Below, one piece after another: positions 23,647 to 35,800 of a stretch of DNA of 64,000 nucleotides; position 1 is the stretch's first letter, and each line of letters begins with the position of its first letter. The position numbers and the translations under genes are program-made. The notes beneath the pieces were generated by a model. The model was not told where the DNA came from, made no database searches, and worked only from the letters and a program-made list of their open reading frames with translations. Location: positions 162,688,001-162,752,000 of the forward strand of contig NC_091979.1 of the NCBI RefSeq assembly GCF_044704955.1, given 5' to 3'. Source of the DNA: Pristiophorus japonicus (taxonomy: Eukaryota).

Positions 23647-25930
23647 GGGGCTAGTCTTTCCACTGATGATCGTCATCCATCACCCATATAGGCAGGCTAT
23701 CGCCCATTTTAGCTTAAAAGTGGAAAGTTGGGCCAGAACATCGCCCACTAATCACCGGCCCAACCTTCGGCACACATGAATCTGCTATCGCCGAGGTAAT
23801 TGCCCACTGCAACATTCGCCACATCACCCACACATCGCCGGACTGATCACTCGCCGAGAAGATCGCTGGAGATCGCTGGAGAAAAGCTGCTCCCAGTTGG
23901 CACAACTCGGCAGAACTCGGCACTACATTTTGAACATCAGAGGAACTGAAAGAGGCTGCTTCAACAAGGGGCTTCTGAGGAGAATTAATTTGTGAGTGAT
24001 TTTAAGGGCCAATTGACTCTTGGCAATCATCTGATCACATTGCTGTGTATTGAGGACAAATTTAGGGCATTATAGTGATTTATTGTGTGTAATTTCTCTA
24101 TAGCAACATAGAAACATAGAAGATCGGTGCAGGAGTAGGCCATTCGCCCTTCTAGCCTGCACCGCCATTCAGTGAGTTCATGGCTGAACATGCAACTTCA
24201 GTACCCTATTCCTGCTTTCTCACCATACCCCTTGATCCCCCTCGTAATAAGGACTTCATCTAACTCCTTTTTGAATATATTTAGTGAATTGGCCTCAACA
24301 ACTTTCTGTGGTAGAGAATTCCACAGGTTCACCACTCTCTGGGTGAAGAAATTCCTCCTCATCTTGGTCCTAAATGGCTTACCCCTTATCCTTAGACTGT
24401 GTCCCCTGGTTCTGAACTTCCCCAACATTGGGAACATTCTTCCTGCATTTAACCTGTCTAACCCCGTCAGAATTTTAAACGTTTCTATGAGGTCCCCTCT
24501 CATTCTTCTGAACTCCAGTGAATACAAGCCCAGTTGATCCAGTCTTTCTTGATAGGTCAGTTCTGCCATCCCGGGAATCAGTCTGTGAACCTTCGCTGCA
24601 CTCCCTCAATAGCAAGAATGTCCTTCCTCAGGTTAGGAGACCAAAACTGTACACAATACTCCAGGTGTGGCCTCACCAAGGCCCTGTACAACTGTAGCAA
24701 CACCTCCCTGCCCCTGTACTCAAATCCCCTCGCTATGAAGGCCAACATGCCATTTGCTTTCTTAACCGCCTGCTGTACCTGCATGCCAATCTTCAATGAC
24801 TGATGTACCATGACACCCAGGTCTCTTTGCACCTCCCCTTTTCCTAATCTGTCACCATTCAGATAATAGTCTGTCACTCTGTTTTTACCAGCAAAGTGGA
24901 TAACCTCACATTTATCCACATTATACTTCATCTGCCATGCATTTGCCCACTCACCTAACCTATCCAAGTCGCTCTGCAGCCTCATAGCATCCTCCTCGCA
25001 GCTCACACTGCCACCCAACTTAGTGTCATCCGCAAATTTGGAGATATTACATTTAATCCCCTCGTCTAAATCATTATTGTACAGTGTAAACAGCTGGGGC
25101 CCCAGCACAGAACCTTGCGTTACCCCACTAGTCACTGCCTGCCATTCTGAAAAGTCCCCATTTACTCCTACTCTTTGCTTCCTGTCTGACAATCAGTTCT
25201 CAATCCATGTCAGCACACTACCCCCAATCCCATGTGCTTTAACTTTGCACATTAATCTCTTGTGTGGGACCTTGTCAAAAGCCTTCTGAAAGTCCAAATA
25301 TACCACGTCAACTGGTTCTCCCTTGTCCACTCTACTGGAAACATCCTCAAAAAATTCCAGAAGATTTGTCAAGCATGATTTCCCTTTCACAAATCCATGC
25401 TGACTTGGACCTATCATATCACCTCTTTCCAAATGCACTGCTATGACATCCTTAATAATTGATTCCATCATTTTACCCACTACCGATGTCAGGCTGACCG
25501 GTCTATAATTCCCTGTTATCTCTCTCCCTCCTTTTTTAAAAAGTGGGGTTACATTGGCTACCCTCCACTCGATAGGAACTGATCCAGAGTCAATGGAATG
25601 TTGAAAAATGACTGTCAATGCATCCACTATTTCCAAGGCCACCTCCTTAAGTACTCTGGGATGCAGTCCATCAAGCCCTGGGGATTTATCGGCCTTCAAT
25701 CCCATCAATTTCCCCAACACAATTTCCCGACTAATAAGGATTTCCCTCAGTTCCTCCTCCTTACTAGACCCTCCGACCCCTTTTATATTCGGAAGGTTGT
25801 TTGTGTCCTCCTTAGTGAATACCGATAATCACATGCTGCAGACTGAAGATGGGAGAAGGTGTATTGAAGATCATTTTAGGCCCAATCAAAGAGATGCAGA
25901 GGAGGAAACCTTACACCCGTGTAGCCATCG
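23647..25930 (+). mobile_element. Harbinger-like 5' fragment, split by the CR1 at 24106-25825
   Basis: The terminus ggggctagtctttccact resembles the Harbinger TIR ending at 62340. Sequence resuming at 25826 is similar to the region just upstream of the transposase ORF at ~61560-61660 (-). Confidence 0.5.
24106..25825 (-). mobile_element. CR1 LINE, 5'-truncated, young
   Basis: ORFs 25193-25720, 24578-25192 and 24198-24569 encode the CR1 RT. The tail catagaaacatagaa lies at 24107. Confidence 0.95.
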
Positions 25931-26399
25931 GCTCCCCAAGGATTGTTGGGCATTATCTTGCAACCTTTGTATTTGGGGTAGTTTAGGAGCAGTACAGTCA
26001 GTTAAATAACTGTCATTTAAAAAATAAATTATGGAATGTAAAAATGCTCAGGGATCGAATTGACTTCATGCAGCTGATAATAAAAATAAAGGATACAGGG
26101 AATGATAATACAATCTAGATTTTAATGAAATGTAATGTTAAGCCACTACACACTCATCACTTGGACAATTGTTCATGTTCGACTGCGTAAAGAAACTATG
26201 GTAAATTTTCTCTGTATCAATGGAATGAAGTGGTTCCTGGAAACATACAAACATCTGAACATGAGGGGCAGGAAAAGGCCAGCTGATCCATCAATTCTGC
26301 CCCACACTCATGATGGTCGGAGCATAATGACTACACACTTCCTACTACCTCGCAGCCATGAAATCTCCTGCCTTCTCCAACAATCCACCGGGAGACCAA

Positions 26400-26629
26400 A
26401 ATGGTTGGGGTGGAGTGTAGAATGTTTCAGTATAAGGGGTGTCGCAGTTGTGTGGGGCGGACTGGTTAGGCTGGATGCTCTTTGCCTTTCCGCCATTGTT
26501 CATTGTTCGTAGGTTTATATGTAACCTTCAGGGTTGCTGACCGAGGGCCGTGCGGCTCTTTGTCGGCCGGCGTGGACACAATGGGCCGAAATAGCCTCCT
26601 TCTGCGCTGTAAATTTCTATGTTTCTATG
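26400..26629 (+). mobile_element. 3' end of a different CR1-group LINE/SINE ending in TTTCTATG repeats
   Basis: Ends ...gggccgaaatagcctccttctgcgctgtaaatttctatgtttctatg, a CR1-type 3' hairpin plus tail. Confidence 0.55.
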
Positions 26630-27481
26630 TAGAAACATAGAAACATAGAAACATAGAAAATAGGTGCAGGAGTAGGCCATTCGGCCCTTCTAGCCTGCAC
26701 CGCCATTCAATGAGTTCATGGCTGAACATGCAACTTCAGTACCCCATTCCTGCTTTTTCGCCATACCCCTTGATCCCCCTAGTAGTAAGGACTTCATCTA
26801 ACTCCTTTTTGAATATATTTAGTGAATTGGCCTCAACAACTTTCTGTGGTAGAGAATTCCACAGGTTCACCACTCTCTGGGTGAAGAAATTCCTCCTCAT
26901 CTCGGTCCTAAATGGCTTCCCCCTTATCCTTAGACTGTGTCCCCTGGTTCTGGACTTCCCCAACATTGGGAACATTCTTCCTGCATCTAACCTGTCTAAC
27001 CCCGTCAGAATTTTAAAGGTTTCTATGAGGTCCCCTCTCATTCTTCTGAACTCCAGTGAATACAAGCGCAGTTGATCCAGTCTTTCTTGATAGGTCAGTC
27101 CCGCCATCCCGGGAATCAGTCTGGTGAACCTTCGCTGCACTCCCTCAATAGCAAGAATGTCCTTCCTCAGGTTAGGAGACCAAAACTGTACACAATACTC
27201 CAGGTGTGGCCTCACCAAGGCCTTGTACAATTGTAGCAACACCTCCCTGCCCCTGTACTCAAATCCCCTCGCTACAAAGGCCAACATGCCATTTGCTTTC
27301 TTAACCGCCTGCTGTACCTGCATGCCAACCTTCAATGACTGATGTACCATGACACCCAGGTCTCTTTGCACCTCCCCTTTTCCTAATCTGTCACCATTCA
27401 GATAATAGTCTGTCTCTCTGTTTTTACCTCCAAAGTGGATAACCTCACATTTATCCACATTATACTTCATCTGCCATGCAT
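26630..27481 (-). mobile_element. CR1 LINE 3' fragment
   Basis: ORF 26736-27497 (from NAWQMKYN to GYGEKAGMGY) and a (CATAGAAA)n tail at 26630-26660. Confidence 0.95.
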
Positions 27482-27619
27482 TATACTTGCCCTTCACTGC
27501 GAGAAACAGCTCAATGATGCAAATGTCCTCAGTTTTTACTGCTCGCTCAGGTTGCAGGTCTGTCCTCCCAGGGAATGTCAGAGCAGAGTGTGCTTCAATC
27601 AGAACAGCTCTCTATTAAA

Positions 27620-27740
27620 AACTCTGATTAAAGGTTATCAACCTGAAACATTAACTCTGTTTCTCTCTCTGCAAATGCTGCCTGAACTGTTGAGTGTTTC
27701 CTGCATATTGTGTTTATATTTCAGATTATCAGCATTCACA
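27620..27740 (+). mobile_element. Penelope-like terminal remnant with decayed hammerhead core (27624-27652)
   Basis: CTGATTA-a-aggtt-atc-aacct-GAAACATT-aact, followed by the same pLTR-like tail as at 11.1 kb. Confidence 0.6.
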
Positions 27741-28461
27741 TTTTCCCACCGTCATTTTCCTGTCTGCAAGATTGCCGGAAGGTAAGTACTCCAATAAGTA
27801 CTCTGGAAATACTTTTCCTTCTGTCTTTTGAGTTGTACAACCGATTTAAAGTAAAGACCACAAGTGAGTGTACAAACATAGCATTGAATCAAATGCGGTT
27901 TCTGCATTTCAACATCGAGCAATGGATCGATTCTTCACTGAGGTGGTGAACATTGTAAGTGGATTCCAATATTTTTGGTCCCTGATGTGTTTTTCAATGT
28001 TTTTACTTTAAAAAGGACTTACATTCTCTTGGGGTTGTGGGCAAGAGTGAAGCTGGACTAAATCCTGTTGATATTTTTACATTAACTAATCCTGACTTTT
28101 ACTCCAGCTTCCCCTCAGTCAAGTGAAATGATAGAAATGACCACCTTCGATTACATTCATGGGACAAGCAGTCCTCATTCATAGTGACTGAAAGGTTGAT
28201 TCTCATTGTCATGAAGTCAGTATATTGAATTGTCAATAACATGGACAACATTAATTCCTAAATGTGCATCAATTGATTTGAAATATATTCATTCGCTGAG
28301 AGAAAACAGCTAAAATGCTCAGCATGAGACTCCAACTCTGAGATTTCTATGATTTCCACCACAATCCAAAAACAAATGAATAAAGATGTCTGTCAAGTAT
28401 AGGAGATTTTATTATTTTCGAGAGTACTTCAGAAAAAAAATAATGATTTTTCAAGAACAAT

Positions 28462-29970
28462 CTAGAAGTCCCTCATTCGCCTGAAAGATCCGACAGTTGA
28501 GTTGTAGCCACCCCAGTCACTGAATCTCCTGTATTCACCGGGTCTCATGAAGTACTGGCGACCTCTGTAGTTGGGTTGTTCATAGAAGTTCCAGTAACCG
28601 TCCATCACATTGCAGGAGTGAATGTCACGGTAACGGAAACGATCGTAGACAGATGGACAGTCATCCATGAATTCCATCATCTGTCCTCCAAAGTCAGGCC
28701 TCTCGTAGATCCTCATTCTGTAGTTTCCACCTCGGTACTGGAATAGAAATAAAATCATTAGTTTGATGAAGCTATAAATCTAGAAGGAAGCATACTTTGG
28801 CTTGCAGATGATGTTTGTGAACAGCAATAGATAGTTCAGTAACATGTATTGGACGAGCTGATCAGCTGCTAACTGACATCATCATGTGGCTCTTGTGTAA
28901 ATTGTTGCAGAAAAGCCAGAGAAATGTACCAGCAAATTCAGGACTGATTCTTGTAATAAAGAGCTCTCGGGTTGAGAACAATTTTCAAAAGGCTCCATAT
29001 GTTGATTAATGAGAGACATTTCGCAACATCCATTGATCCAGTTGACGACATTCCTGGCTTGTTACTAGAATGCAGCTTCTGTGTACCTTGATAGTGAAAT
29101 TTTATAACAACAAATTGGGACTGATTCGACTTCACCCATATAGGCAGTCAAAGTTTGATTGAAGTGTTGTTTGAACTGAAGTTTCAATAAGGGTGATGCT
29201 TAACACAGGTTTCTCTTTGTTTAATTTGTTGAACTAGATCAGGCGAATGACACCTCACAATTTCTTAGTCGCACCGCAATGAGCTTTTTACATTCAAAAT
29301 ACGGAATCCAACAATTTGCTTTTTAGTTCTAAATACTCAACTAATATTACAATTGAATCATCAGCATAAGCTGCAGACCAGTTCACAAATCCTATGGTCA
29401 TTGAATTCTCTTTGAATTGTAGAAGAACGATGCTATATTTCTTTGCTGTTGTTACAAAAATAAAGTCCAAAATCTGGAGTACACACAAAGCCACAATAAA
29501 TGTGAAAAGCAGATAAATGTTCTGACAAATGACTCCCAGGAACCCAGCTGCTCAACATGGTATTCATTTACTAGACCTCAATTGGTTTAGAATGCATTAA
29601 CCATCAAATGATAACTTACGTGTGGGTAGGTACGACATGACCTGATGTTGTCATTGAATCCCATCCAGCGTTGGTAGTCAGGATATTCTCCCCTGCTCAG
29701 AACATACTGGTATCCCATGTAATTGGGTTTCTCATACCCCACCCACCAGTCACTCTCCACACGGATGGAGTTACAGCGGCTAAAGTAAGGGGACAGGTCA
29801 GCACAGTCAGTATTGCACTCGTAGTGCCGACCCTGGAAGTTCCTGTCCTCGTAAAAGATGATCTGTGGAAAGATAGAGGTTTGTAAATTAATAATTTCTC
29901 AAACTAGGAGATACTGAATGAAGCATTCTAATACAATGTGTAATATCTGAGATGTCCTTGCCTTTCCCAT
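28462..29970 (-). CDS. cryg: Gamma-crystallin (shark gamma-S1-like), copy 3; exons 29970-29962, 29862-29620, 28737-28462; 175 aa
   Basis: Open spliced frame MGK|[20 protein letters not shown]...CRTYPH|[18 protein letters not shown]...[10 protein letters not shown]. Intron 1 is GC-AG (99 nt) and intron 2 is GT-AG (882 nt). Confidence 0.96.
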
Positions 29971-30029
29971 TTTGAGCTCACAGTTAGCTTAGTAACTGAC
30001 TGAATGTTTCACTGTTTCACACAGCTTGG

Positions 30030-30200
30030 TATTTATACACTGGGCAGAAAGGCCTCTCTGGGCTGTACTTTTGTTATTCTAATGATTCAGGACTGAAAAT
30101 CAGCAAAAATCGACAATACGTTCCATTTATTGTAGAAAAACACCTGAAAGTCTCCTGATGTGTCATTGATTCTTTCCCTTTTGCCGTCATGTCACTTTAA
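30030..30200 (-). promoter_or_regulatory. Crystallin gene 3 proximal promoter (TATAAATA 30030-30037; half-MARE 30100-30105)
   Basis: Same conserved block as upstream of the other genes. Confidence 0.8.
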
Positions 30201-30274
30201 TTGTTGTTTGAACATAACAGTTCTGGAACAGTCACAGCTCTAAAATCACACAGTTCTGTTCCAAATTGTTTGGT

Positions 30275-31250
30275 GTTTTCCTCCTCCACACTCATCTCCA
30301 ACAACATGTGCGAGGAGCTCGTGGATTTCTTTGTCACTAAAATTGAGAAGATAGGTTCAGCTGCATCTCCCATTTCCCTCCCTCCCCCAACTCTCTGGAC
30401 CAAACTTTGACTAAGGTTTCCCCCTACCTTATCCCTGCACTCACATTTTCTCTCGTTTCTCCTCTACCTGCTCTCATGCTCTCTCCAAACTCAGTTTGTC
30501 TATGAGATCCACATACTGCTCCCTTGACCCTATTCCCACCAAACTGTGACCACCCAACTTCCCGTCCTGGCCCCAATGGTAGCTGATATTTTTAGTGGTT
30601 CTCTCTCCTCAGATACTGTCCTCCTCCCCTTCAAATCTTCTGTCATCACCTTGCTCCTCAAAAATTCCACCCTTGACCCCTCTGCCCGTGTAAATTACCA
30701 ACCCACCTCCAACCTCACTTTCCCCTCCAATGTCTTTGAATGTGCTGTTGCTTCCCAAATCCATGCCCACCTTTCCTGGAACTCACCAGAAAATCACCTG
30801 CAATGGCTTCTCATCCCGCCCCGCTCCTTTACCTGTGATGTCCCCCAATGATCTATCCTTGGTGCCCTCCTCCATCTCATCTACATGCGGCCACTCAGCG
30901 ACATCTTGTGAAAACACAAAATCATGTCCCACATGTACACTGACAGCACTCTCCCTCTTCCTCACCACCACTTCTCTTGACCCGTTCTTCGGTCCCTGCC
31001 ACCAACTCCATCCCTCTCCCTGGCAACCCTATGAGGCTGAACCTTGTTCACAACCTTGGTTTTGCAAGATGAGCATCTGACCACATAACCGTTGCATCCG
31101 AAGACCACCTACTTTCACCTTGGTAACCTCATCCCAATTCTGCTCCTGTCACAGTTGATCTACTGCTGAAACCTTCATGCATGCTTTTGTTATCTCTCGA
31201 CTTATTCCAATGCACTCCTGGCTGGCCTCCATTCATCCACTCTTCATAAA
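30275..31250 (+). mobile_element. Old L2 LINE fragment (unit of gene 3); its 3' end resumes at ~38967-39065
   Basis: Homologous to 4530-5780. The L2 tail followed by the shared downstream block reappears at 38967-39235. Confidence 0.75.
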
Positions 31251-31376
31251 CGTAATGAGTAATGAGGCAGATTTAGTTAACAACTTAACTGTATGTGAGC
31301 TTTTATCCAATAGCGACCATAACATGATCAGGTTCAACGTAATATTTGAAAGGGAGAAATGCAAGTCAGCTGCCAA

Positions 31377-32600
31377 GGCCACAATTTCCCCTACCTTGCG
31401 GGTCCGGTACAACCGTGGTCATTGGTGGCTCCTAACCTCGCTGCTGGCTCCAGCCCGCTGTGTAAAATGATTTTACCCTGATTGGGCCTGTTAAGCCCGG
31501 CCAGCGTGTTTGCCAGCCAATTGAAGGAAGCGGGTCTGATGACATAATTTGATGACGTGTCATCAACCGATTTCCTTAAAGGAAGCATGCACAAATTTAT
31601 TTTGACATTTGTGCTGTCAGTGTTCTACAGCATTGAGGTGTTGCACACACTGACAAGTACTGCACAGAGGTGCACGACTGCACCCAGGTTCTCCCATGAC
31701 TCCTTCCTTAAGCATATGGAGGGAGTCACAGCATGCACGGAGGTTCTCTTCCCTTCCAATGGGCGGAAGTGACCTCCGCAGAGACCAATGCAGCCTGGTT
31801 GCACATTGCACAGGAGGGCACAAGCAGGGATGTCATCAGGTGGACCATGCTGCAGTAGCGCAAACCTTTTAATGATCTCAATAGATCACGAAATGGTACC
31901 GCAAAGCTGCACTCAATCTCATCCTGCTGTGCCACTCATCACATTCCCATCACTCTGCCTTCCCTACCCTACTCCTGCACATTCTTACTCACACCAACTT
32001 ACCTTACACCTCCACCCATCCCTCTCTCTCTCTAGCCAACCCTCACATGCCCTCATCCTAGTGGAATCATACCAATAACAACACAAGGGTAACCATTTGG
32101 ATCTTTTATCAAATGTAAAGTTTCTGTTAATATGGTGTGAAACATAAAAATCTTTATTTTCAACACATTCTGGTCTTGGACATATTTGTGTGCACCTTTG
32201 GAAGATGCCATTGAGTTGCAGTGAATGGTGAGACATAACGGTTACCCCTGCAATGGTGATGAGTGTGAAAGGAAGATTTGGGATCATTTATGGTGTTGGT
32301 GAGGGGTGATGACAACCTGGCGGATCATGTGGCAGCCATATGGGTGTTCAGCATTAAGTTAACTAAATCTGGCCATGATGAGACTATCCTCCTGGGCACA
32401 ATATGCTCATCTGCTGATGCCCTCTGTCCTGTGCAGCAATGATTGTGCAGCAGATTGGTGTTGTTGTTGGTGCTGCTGGTGTGCCTGGTTCTGCTGGTGT
32501 TGGGGCTCATCATGGTGAAAGTCTGAGGGGCAAGATGAGAGAGTATAAATGGCACCCATGTTGATGGAATAAATGACAGATGAAGTAGAGATGACATAAT
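31377..32600 (+). mobile_element. Non-autonomous Harbinger derivative carrying Myb/SANT remnant
   Basis: Starts ggccacaatttccc. The Myb-like remnant reads PRFSHDS..MEGV...AWLHIAQ...FNDL. It is an inverted homolog of 39600-40709. Confidence 0.65.
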
Positions 32601-32625
32601 GACAGAAAGAAAGATTTACATTTAT

Positions 32626-32835
32626 CATCATCCATCATAAGTGGTCCCTCGAACGAGGATGACTTGCTTCCACAGCAAAAGGGACGAGTTCACAGATGTT
32701 TCAATGAAGGACCCAATGTTCCAGTCCTGAACTCCAATCGAAGAAATAGAAGATGCCTGGATTTTTTTAACGTGTGGTGACCGTTGCACATCAGCCACCA
32801 CACAGGCCTGACAGAGCTAGGTCTTTATTCAGTAG
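32626..32835 (-). mobile_element. RTE-related 3' end (short element with ATG-repeat tail)
   Basis: The minus strand ends ...ggaagcaagtcatcctcgttcgagggacc...tatgatggatgatg, an RTE-like 3' terminus. Confidence 0.5.
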
Positions 32836-35800
32836 CAAGTACTGTGAACAAAGTGATGTTGTCTTCGAATCGTAACATACAGGGCAGGTCATACATACCT
32901 GCAACTGCACGTCCACAGATGACTCAGAGTCCACCATCAAGGGTGATGAATGCTAGGCCATTAACACCTTGTTGCCGCTGCGGGGATGATCATCGTTTGC
33001 AAGGGCTGTGGAACAATGGGACACCTCCAACGAGTGTGCAGGCAAGCTGCAAAGCCTGTTAAACCTGCAAACCACCATGTTGCAGAGGAGGACAGATCCA
33101 TGGAGAATCACGACGAACCAGAGCCTCAGACCGAGGAGGCAGAGGTACATGGGGTGCACACATTCACCACGAATTGTCCCCCGATAATGCTGAATGTTGA
33201 ACTAAATAGACTCCCGGTGTCAATGGAGCTTGACACAGTCATGAACCAGTCCATCATGGGCAAAAAGATTTTCGAAAGGTTGTGGTGCAACAAGGCCTCA
33301 AGGCCAGTCTTAACTCCAGTTTGCACGAAACTAAGAACTTACACGAAAGAACTGATACCTGTAATCGGCAGTGCTACCGTAAAGGTCTCCTACGATGGAG
33401 CGGTGCACAAGCTACCACTCTGGGGCGTACTGGCGATGGTTCCACACTGCTTGGCAAGAGCTGGGTGAGAAAGATATGCTGGAACTGGGACGACATCCGA
33501 GCACTATCGCCCGCTGACGCCACTTCATGTGCCCAAGTCTGAAATAAATTTCCTTCGCTGTTTGAACCAGGCATCGGGAAATTACAAGGAGCAAAAGTGC
33601 AGATCCACCTAATTCCAGGGGCGTGACCCATCCATCACAAGGCGAGAGCAGTACCATACATGATGAGAGAAAGAGTCGAGATCGAGCTAGACCGGCTGCA
33701 ACGGGAGGCCATCATTTCACCGATTGAGTTCAGCGAGTGGGCCAGTCCTATTGTCCCAGTCCTCAAGGGAGACGGCACCGTCAGAATCTGTGGTGATTAC
33801 AAAGTAACTAACAATCATTTCTCCCTGCAGGACCAATACCCACTACCAAAGGCCTACGACCTCTTTGCAACGTTGGCGGGAGGAAAGACGTTCACGAAGC
33901 TGGATCTGACTTCAGCCTAAATGAAGCAGGAACTGGAGGAATCATCGAAGGCCCTCACCTGCATCAACACACAAAAAGGTCTTTTTGTTTATAACAGATG
34001 CCCATTTGGAATCCGATCAGCGGCGGCGATATTCCAGACAAACATGGAAAGTTTACTGAATTCGGTCCTGGACACTGTGGTCTTCCAGGATGACATCTTG
34101 GTCACAGGTCGGAACACAGTCGAGCACCTGCAGAACCTGGAGGAGGTTGTTAGTCGAATCAACCGCGTGGGGCTCAGGTTAAAACGCTCAAAGTGCATTT
34201 TCCTGGTGCCTGAAGTGGAGTTCTTAGGAAGGAGGATTGCGGCGGACGGCATCAGGCCCACCAACGTGAAGACGGAGGCAATCGAGAACGCACCGAGGCC
34301 ACAGAACATGACAGAGCTGCGGTAGTTTCTGGGACTCTTGAACAACTTTGGTAACTTCTTACTGGGTCTCAGCACACAGTTAGAACCACTACATGTCTTA
34401 CTATGAAAAGGGGGTGAATAGGTTTGGTGTAAAAGCCAAGAAAATGTCTTTGTAAAAGTGAGAAAATTGTTATGCTCAAACAAATTGCTTGTGTTGTATG
34501 ATCCATGTAAGCGTTTGGTACTAACATGTGATGCGTCGTCATATGGCGTCGGGTGTGTATTGCAACAAGCTAATGATTCTGGGAAATTGCAACTGGTTGC
34601 TTGTGCATCCAGGAGTCTGTCTAAGTCTAAGAGAGCCTACAGCATGATTGAAAAAGAAGCGTTAGCGTGTGTGTCTATGGGGTAAAGAAAATGCATCAAT
34701 ACCTGTTTGGGCTAAAATTCGAATTGGAAACTGACCATAAGCCACTTATATCCCTGTTTTCCGAGAGTAAAGCGATAAATACCAACGCATCGGCCCACAT
34801 CCACGTTGTCTGCATATAACTACACCATCCACCATAGGCCAGGCACATAAAACTGCGCCAATGCTCTCAGTAGGCTGCCATTGCCCACCACGGGGGTGGA
34901 AATGGAGCAGCTCGCAGATCTAACTATGGTTATGGAAGCATTTGAGAGTGAGCAATCACCCATCATTGCCTGGCAGATCAAAACCTGGACAAGCCAGGAC
35001 CCTTTATTATCTCCAGTCAAAACCTGTGTGCTTCACGGGAGCTGGTCCAGTGTCCCAGTGGAAATGCAAGAAGAGATAAAGCCGTTCCAGCGACGCAAAG
35101 ATGAAATGTCTTTCCAGGCAGACTGCCTTCTGTGGGGCAATCGAGTAGTAGTCCCCAAGAAGGGCAGAGACACCTTCATCAATGACCTCCACAGTACCCG
35201 CCCAGGCATCATAATGATGAAAGCGATAGCCAGATCCCACGTGTGGTGGCCGGGTAGTGATGTGGACTTAGAGTCCTGCGTTCACAGATGGAATACATGC
35301 TCGCAGTTGAGCAATGTGCCCAGAGTGGCGCCGCTAAGTTTATGGTCTTGGCCCTCCAAACCGTGGTCTAGGGTGCACATCGACTATGCAGGCCCGTTCT
35401 TGGGTAAAATGTTCCATGTGGTTGTAGACACGTACTCCAATGGATTGTGAGATAATGTCGGCTAGCACGTCCGCTGCCACTACTGAAAGCCTGCCGGCCA
35501 TGTTTGCCACACACGGCCTACCCGATGTCCTGGTGAGCAACAACGGGCCATGTTTTACCAGTGCTGAGTTCAAAGAATTCATGACCTGAACCCGGATCAA
35601 ACATATCACTTCTGCCCCGTTTAAACTAGCATCCAATGGTCAGGCAGAGAGAGCAGTGCAAACCATCAAGCAAGGCTTGAAGAGGGTAACTGAAGGTTCA
35701 TTGCAGACTCACTTATTCTGAGTCCTGCTTAGCTACCGCACGAGACCCCACTCACTCACTGGGATCCCATCTGCTGAACTGTTCATGAAAAGAGCACTTA

